From contig CAWIYV010000007.1 of assembly GCA_963840455.1 (NCBI GenBank), forward strand, positions 128,001-192,000: a stretch of DNA of 64,000 nt. Reading direction: 5' to 3'. Made by a program: the position numbers and the translations under genes. The notes under the pieces are model-generated. The model was not told the DNA's origin, did not search any database, and worked only from the letters and a program-made list of their open reading frames with translations. This document shows, one piece after another, positions 60,583-64,000 of this stretch (position 1 is the first letter of the stretch; the number at the start of each line of letters is the position of its first letter). This DNA is from Nitrospirota bacterium. GTDB lineage: Bacteria; Nitrospirota; UBA9217.

Positions 60583-62163
60583 ATGGGCCCAGGCCAGGCT
60601 AATGCAAGTTCGGCGACAGGAACAAAAAATCGGGTACCCGATGCGGCGCCGCAGTCAGGGATCTGTTCGGTCTGTCTTGACGGATGCCCGGGACCGTGCG
60701 AGGTAGGCAAGTCGTCCTACCGCGGCAGGGAGGTCATCTATCCGCTGCCCTTTGGCAAGGTGACTGCCGGGGCGACGAAGCAGTATCCCGTGGACTATGC
60801 TCATTTGAACATTCAAGGTACGTGCGTCGGCGCGTTCGGCGTGGCCGCGGACCCGGACAGGGCGATCTTCCCGGCGGTGTCCACGAAGGCCGAGCTGGGC
60901 CATAAGCATAAGATCAAGCTTGATGTCCCGATCTTCACCGGAGCCCTCGGCTCGACGGACATTGCCAAGGACAACTGGGAAGGGCTTGCCATCGGCGCCG
61001 CCATCTCCGGTATCATGGTGGTGATCGGAGAGAACGTGGTGGGCATGGATCCTCAGGCGCAGTTCAAGAACGACAAGGTCGCTCACTCGCCCGAGCTCGA
61101 GCGGCGGGTGAAATGCTTCAAGGAATGGCACAACGGGGCTGGTGAGATCATCCTGCAGCAGAACGTCGAGGACACACGGCTTCACTCAGCTGAGTACGCC
61201 ATCGAGAAGCTCGGTGTGAACTGCATCGAGCTCAAATGGGGGCAGGGCGCCAAGAACATCGGCGGCGAAGTGAAGCTCAGGAGCATTGAGCGAGCCGAAG
61301 AACTGAAGAAGCGGGGCTACATCGTGCTGCCCGATCCCGAGGACAAGACGGTGAAGAAGGCCTTCGCCGAGGAGGAGTTCAAGGAGTTCGAGCGGCACTC
61401 GCGGCTCGGCATGGTCGAACATGAGGGGTTCGTGAAAGCGGTGAAGCATTACCGCAGCGCGGGCGCGAAGTTCGTCTCACTCAAGACCGGCGCCTACCGC
61501 GTATCCGATCTCGCCAGGGCGATCCGGTTCTGCTCCGACGCCGAGATCGACCTGCTGACCATCGACGGCGCGGGTGGGGGAACGGGCATGAGCCCCTGGC
61601 GCATGATGAACGAGTGGGGGATCCCGACCATCTACCTCCAGTCGCTGGCCTGTAAGTTTGCATCTCAACTCAAGGCGAAGGGCAGATATGTCCCTGACAT
61701 GGCCATCGCCGGCGGTTTCTCCCTCGAGGACCACATCTTCAAGGCCCTAGCGCTCGGCGCGCCGCATTTCAAGGCGGTCTGCATGGGCAGGGCGCTCATG
61801 ATCCCCGCCTTCGTGGGGAAGAACATCAAGAAGTGGGTGGACGAGGACAAGCTGCCCGTGGACATCAAGAAGTACGGCGACGTGCCCGAGCGCATCTTCA
61901 TCACTACGGAAACACTGAAGGCCAAGTACGGCAAGGACTTCAGCCGTATCCCCTGGGGCGCTGTGGCCATGTACACCTTCGCCGACCGGTTGAAGCTCGG
62001 TCTGCAGCAGCTGATGGCGGGCGCACGGAAGTTCGGCCTCAAGCACATCGACCGGAGCGATATCGTGTCCCTGACACGAGAGGCCGCGGACGTGACCGGT
62101 ATTCCTTATGTCATGGACTCTGACATGAAGGAAGCTGAACGCATCCTGTGCAACGGCGTCTAA
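60583..62163 (+). CDS. FMN-binding glutamate synthase family protein (paralogue 2)
   Basis: CSVCLDGCPGPC, IELKWGQGAK, TIDGAGGGTGMSPW; collinear with 58841-60433. Confidence 0.88.
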   Translation: MGPGQANASSATGTKNRVPDAAPQSGICSVCLDGCPGPCEVGKSSYRGREVIYPLPFGKVTAGATKQYPVDYAHLNIQGTCVGAFGVAADPDRAIFPAVSTKAELGHKHKIKLDVPIFTGALGSTDIAKDNWEGLAIGAAISGIMVVIGENVVGMDPQAQFKNDKVAHSPELERRVKCFKEWHNGAGEIILQQNVEDTRLHSAEYAIEKLGVNCIELKWGQGAKNIGGEVKLRSIERAEELKKRGYIVLPDPEDKTVKKAFAEEEFKEFERHSRLGMVEHEGFVKAVKHYRSAGAKFVSLKTGAYRVSDLARAIRFCSDAEIDLLTIDGAGGGTGMSPWRMMNEWGIPTIYLQSLACKFASQLKAKGRYVPDMAIAGGFSLEDHIFKALALGAPHFKAVCMGRALMIPAFVGKNIKKWVDEDKLPVDIKKYGDVPERIFITTETLKAKYGKDFSRIPWGAVAMYTFADRLKLGLQQLMAGARKFGLKHIDRSDIVSLTREAADVTGIPYVMDSDMKEAERILCNGV

Positions 62164-62276
62164 GGAGATTGATCCCGGTCACGCACGTATGAGCAGTGCC
62201 GGTCATGACCTGCAAATAACCAACTCCCGTTCCGCCGGAACCGGGCGGATCGGGAACTGATTTCGGAGACGACCGA

Positions 62277-63269
62277 ATGAACAAGACGCTGCATGCCATT
62301 CTTTCCATTCTCGATAGATGTTCGACCGTCACCGGTTCTCGGGAGATCTCGCGGCAGTTGAAGCTGCGCGGCGTGGAGATCACCGAACGGACGGTCCGGT
62401 ATTATCTGAAAATGCTTGATAAGAAAGGCTATACGGAAGTATTTGGCAAGGAAGGCCGAAAGATCACCGCCGCCGGAAGGGAAGAGCTCAAACACTCCCT
62501 CGTTTCCGACAAGATCGGATTTGTGATCAGCAAAATTGAAACGCTCTCGTACATGACCACCCTGGACATGGCGACCATGGAAGGCGATGTGATCCTGAAC
62601 ATCTCGTATTTTCCGCGAAAGCACCTTCGTCAGGCGCTGCGATTGCTCAAACCCGCCTTCTCGTCACCTTATGTGATGAGCGATCGGGTGATCCTTGCAC
62701 CCGAGGGGGAGAAGATCGGGGATGTAATCGTTCCCAAAGGAATGGTGGGGTTGGGCACGATCTGCAGTGTGACGATCAATGGTATATTTCTTAAGGCGGG
62801 CATTCCCGTCGCCTCGCGGTTTGGCGGGGTCGTGGAGACCGCGAATGGCAAACCCCTGCGGTTCGTTTCCCTGATCAGCTATGACGGATCATCCCTCGAT
62901 CCTCTCGAAGTGTTCATCAAGAGCAAGATGACCGCAGTCTCCAAGGCCGTGGCTGACGGCCGCGGCAGGATACTCGCCAGTTATCGGGAGATCCCCGTGG
63001 TATGTCTGGACAAGGCAAAAAAGCTCGCCCGCACCCTGGAAGATCGGGGCATACGCGGCATTCTGCTTATCGGCAGTCCGAACAAACCCCTTCTGGAAGT
63101 ACCGGTCGGGATCGACCGGGCCGGCATCGTGATCGTCGGCGGACTCAATCCGGTGGCCGTCCTGGAGGAGCACGGGATCACAACGGAGAGCAAGGCCATG
63201 TCGACCCTCTTCGAATACACTCAACTCGTGCCCTTTCAGGATACGCTGAGCATTCCTCTCTCATCCTGA
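62277..63269 (+). CDS. nrpR: NrpR-family nitrogen repressor (winged HTH plus one NRD/DUF128 domain)
   Basis: GSREI...ERTVRYYL..LD..GYT, GRKIT..G.EEL; TICSVTING, SLDPLEVF, GGLNP. Confidence 0.82.
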   Translation: MNKTLHAILSILDRCSTVTGSREISRQLKLRGVEITERTVRYYLKMLDKKGYTEVFGKEGRKITAAGREELKHSLVSDKIGFVISKIETLSYMTTLDMATMEGDVILNISYFPRKHLRQALRLLKPAFSSPYVMSDRVILAPEGEKIGDVIVPKGMVGLGTICSVTINGIFLKAGIPVASRFGGVVETANGKPLRFVSLISYDGSSLDPLEVFIKSKMTAVSKAVADGRGRILASYREIPVVCLDKAKKLARTLEDRGIRGILLIGSPNKPLLEVPVGIDRAGIVIVGGLNPVAVLEEHGITTESKAMSTLFEYTQLVPFQDTLSIPLSS

Positions 63270-63361
63270 CGAAAAACGAACACAACGCAGCCCGTATAGC
63301 TCATCTCTTCAGATCAGTTTCGCTGGTCCTCGCCTCGCTTACGCTATGCAATAATTTCCGC

Positions 63362-63420
63362 TTGACAGTGCAACTCAACCAGGTGTATTGTAAAAAAAAT
63401 GAATCGGCAATCGATTGCCG
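63362..63420 (+). promoter_or_regulatory. Sigma70-like promoter with perfect palindromic operator (candidate NrpR site)
   Basis: TTGACA-N18-TATTGT (63362-63391), then CGGCAATCGATTGCCG (63405-63420). Confidence 0.6.
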
Positions 63421-63652
63421 TCTAAAAGCACCTCGCGAAGCCACTTTTGCCGCTGTTCAGCGATCGATCGTCGGTCGTTTGTACGTGGGCGATGGGATCG
63501 TTCCGCGTGCAGGAGAGACCTCAATGCGGGAAAGGCTCCCGTTCCCTGGCACCAATTGCCAGATCGATACCGTGAACACAATTCCAGGTATGCAGTCATT
63601 TGAACTTCTACATTAAATTTTTAGGGACAAGACAGTGAGAGAGAGGACGAGC

Positions 63653-64000
63653 ATGAAGGATGCGAATCGGTCGGGGAATGCGCCGCGGATCGTGGTGGTT
63701 TATTGTCGCAACGCGATATCGTCTGCCGCTGAAATGCTCGAAGGGCCCTACAACGCAAAAGGATTCAGTGCTTATTTTGCCGCCCTGCCTTGTTCCAGTA
63801 AAATAGAACCCTCATATCCTCTTAAAATGCTGGCCGATGGGGCTGACGGAGTGCTCGTGGTGGCATGTCTGGAGGGCCGTTGCAGGAATTTGGTGGGTAA
63901 TGTCCGGGCGGAAAAGAGGATCAACTATGTGCGGTCGCTCTTGGACAAGGCTGGCATGGGCGCTGAACGCCTGACTCTGGAGCGGGGAGAGAATCTTATG
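63653..64000 (+). CDS. mvhD: MvhD/FlpD-like hydrogenase iron-sulfur subunit, runs off the window
   Basis: Not in the ORF track; translated by hand: MKDANRSGNAPRIVVVYC...LPCSSKIEP...GADGVLVVACLEGRC...GNVRAEKR...GMGAERL. Confidence 0.82.
   Translation, partial: MKDANRSGNAPRIVVVYCRNAISSAAEMLEGPYNAKGFSAYFAALPCSSKIEPSYPLKMLADGADGVLVVACLEGRCRNLVGNVRAEKRINYVRSLLDKAGMGAERLTLERGENLM

Noticed and set aside
63547-63561. TGGCACCAATTGCCA as a sigma54 promoter
   Set aside because: GG-to-GC spacing is 8 rather than 10; it is only a short palindrome, and its spacing also differs from the candidate NrpR sites.

Overview
GC-rich (about 60%) bacterial chromosomal window, probably from an anaerobic Nitrospirota or deltaproteobacterium-like organism (inferred from gene content only). 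From left to right: (1) a minus-strand L-Ara4N lipid A modification cluster with two ArnT paralogues, directly downstream of pstSCAB-phoU, which has a clear Pho box; (2) phoB and phoR, convergent and separated by about 4.3 kb of accessory genes and a 3 x 88 bp tandem array; (3) an archaeal-type SAM synthetase, a cupredoxin and a heme-c hybrid kinase; (4) a nitrogen island with a degenerate NifB-like protein, an outer-membrane porin, three Amt transporters, two PII proteins and ntrBC, served by four sigma54 promoters that share one UAS/IHF/-24-12 architecture; (5) a complete nuoA-N operon with two inserted genes (a cNMP-binding protein and an outer-membrane beta-barrel); (6) nrdJ and a Crp/Fnr regulator; (7) an archaeal-style nitrogen assimilation module: a KaiC/RAD55-XRE-cupin regulator, two stand-alone FMN glutamate-synthase-family proteins, NrpR with candidate operators, and MvhD. 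Two non-coding repeat systems stand out. One is a ~117 bp IS200/IS605-end-like miniature element at three loci, one of them tandemly amplified. The other is a set of about a dozen short-unit (7/8/9-nt) inverted-repeat elements in intra-operon spacers. No rRNA, tRNA, CRISPR array or transposase was seen. All product calls rest on motif recognition by eye, without database searches.
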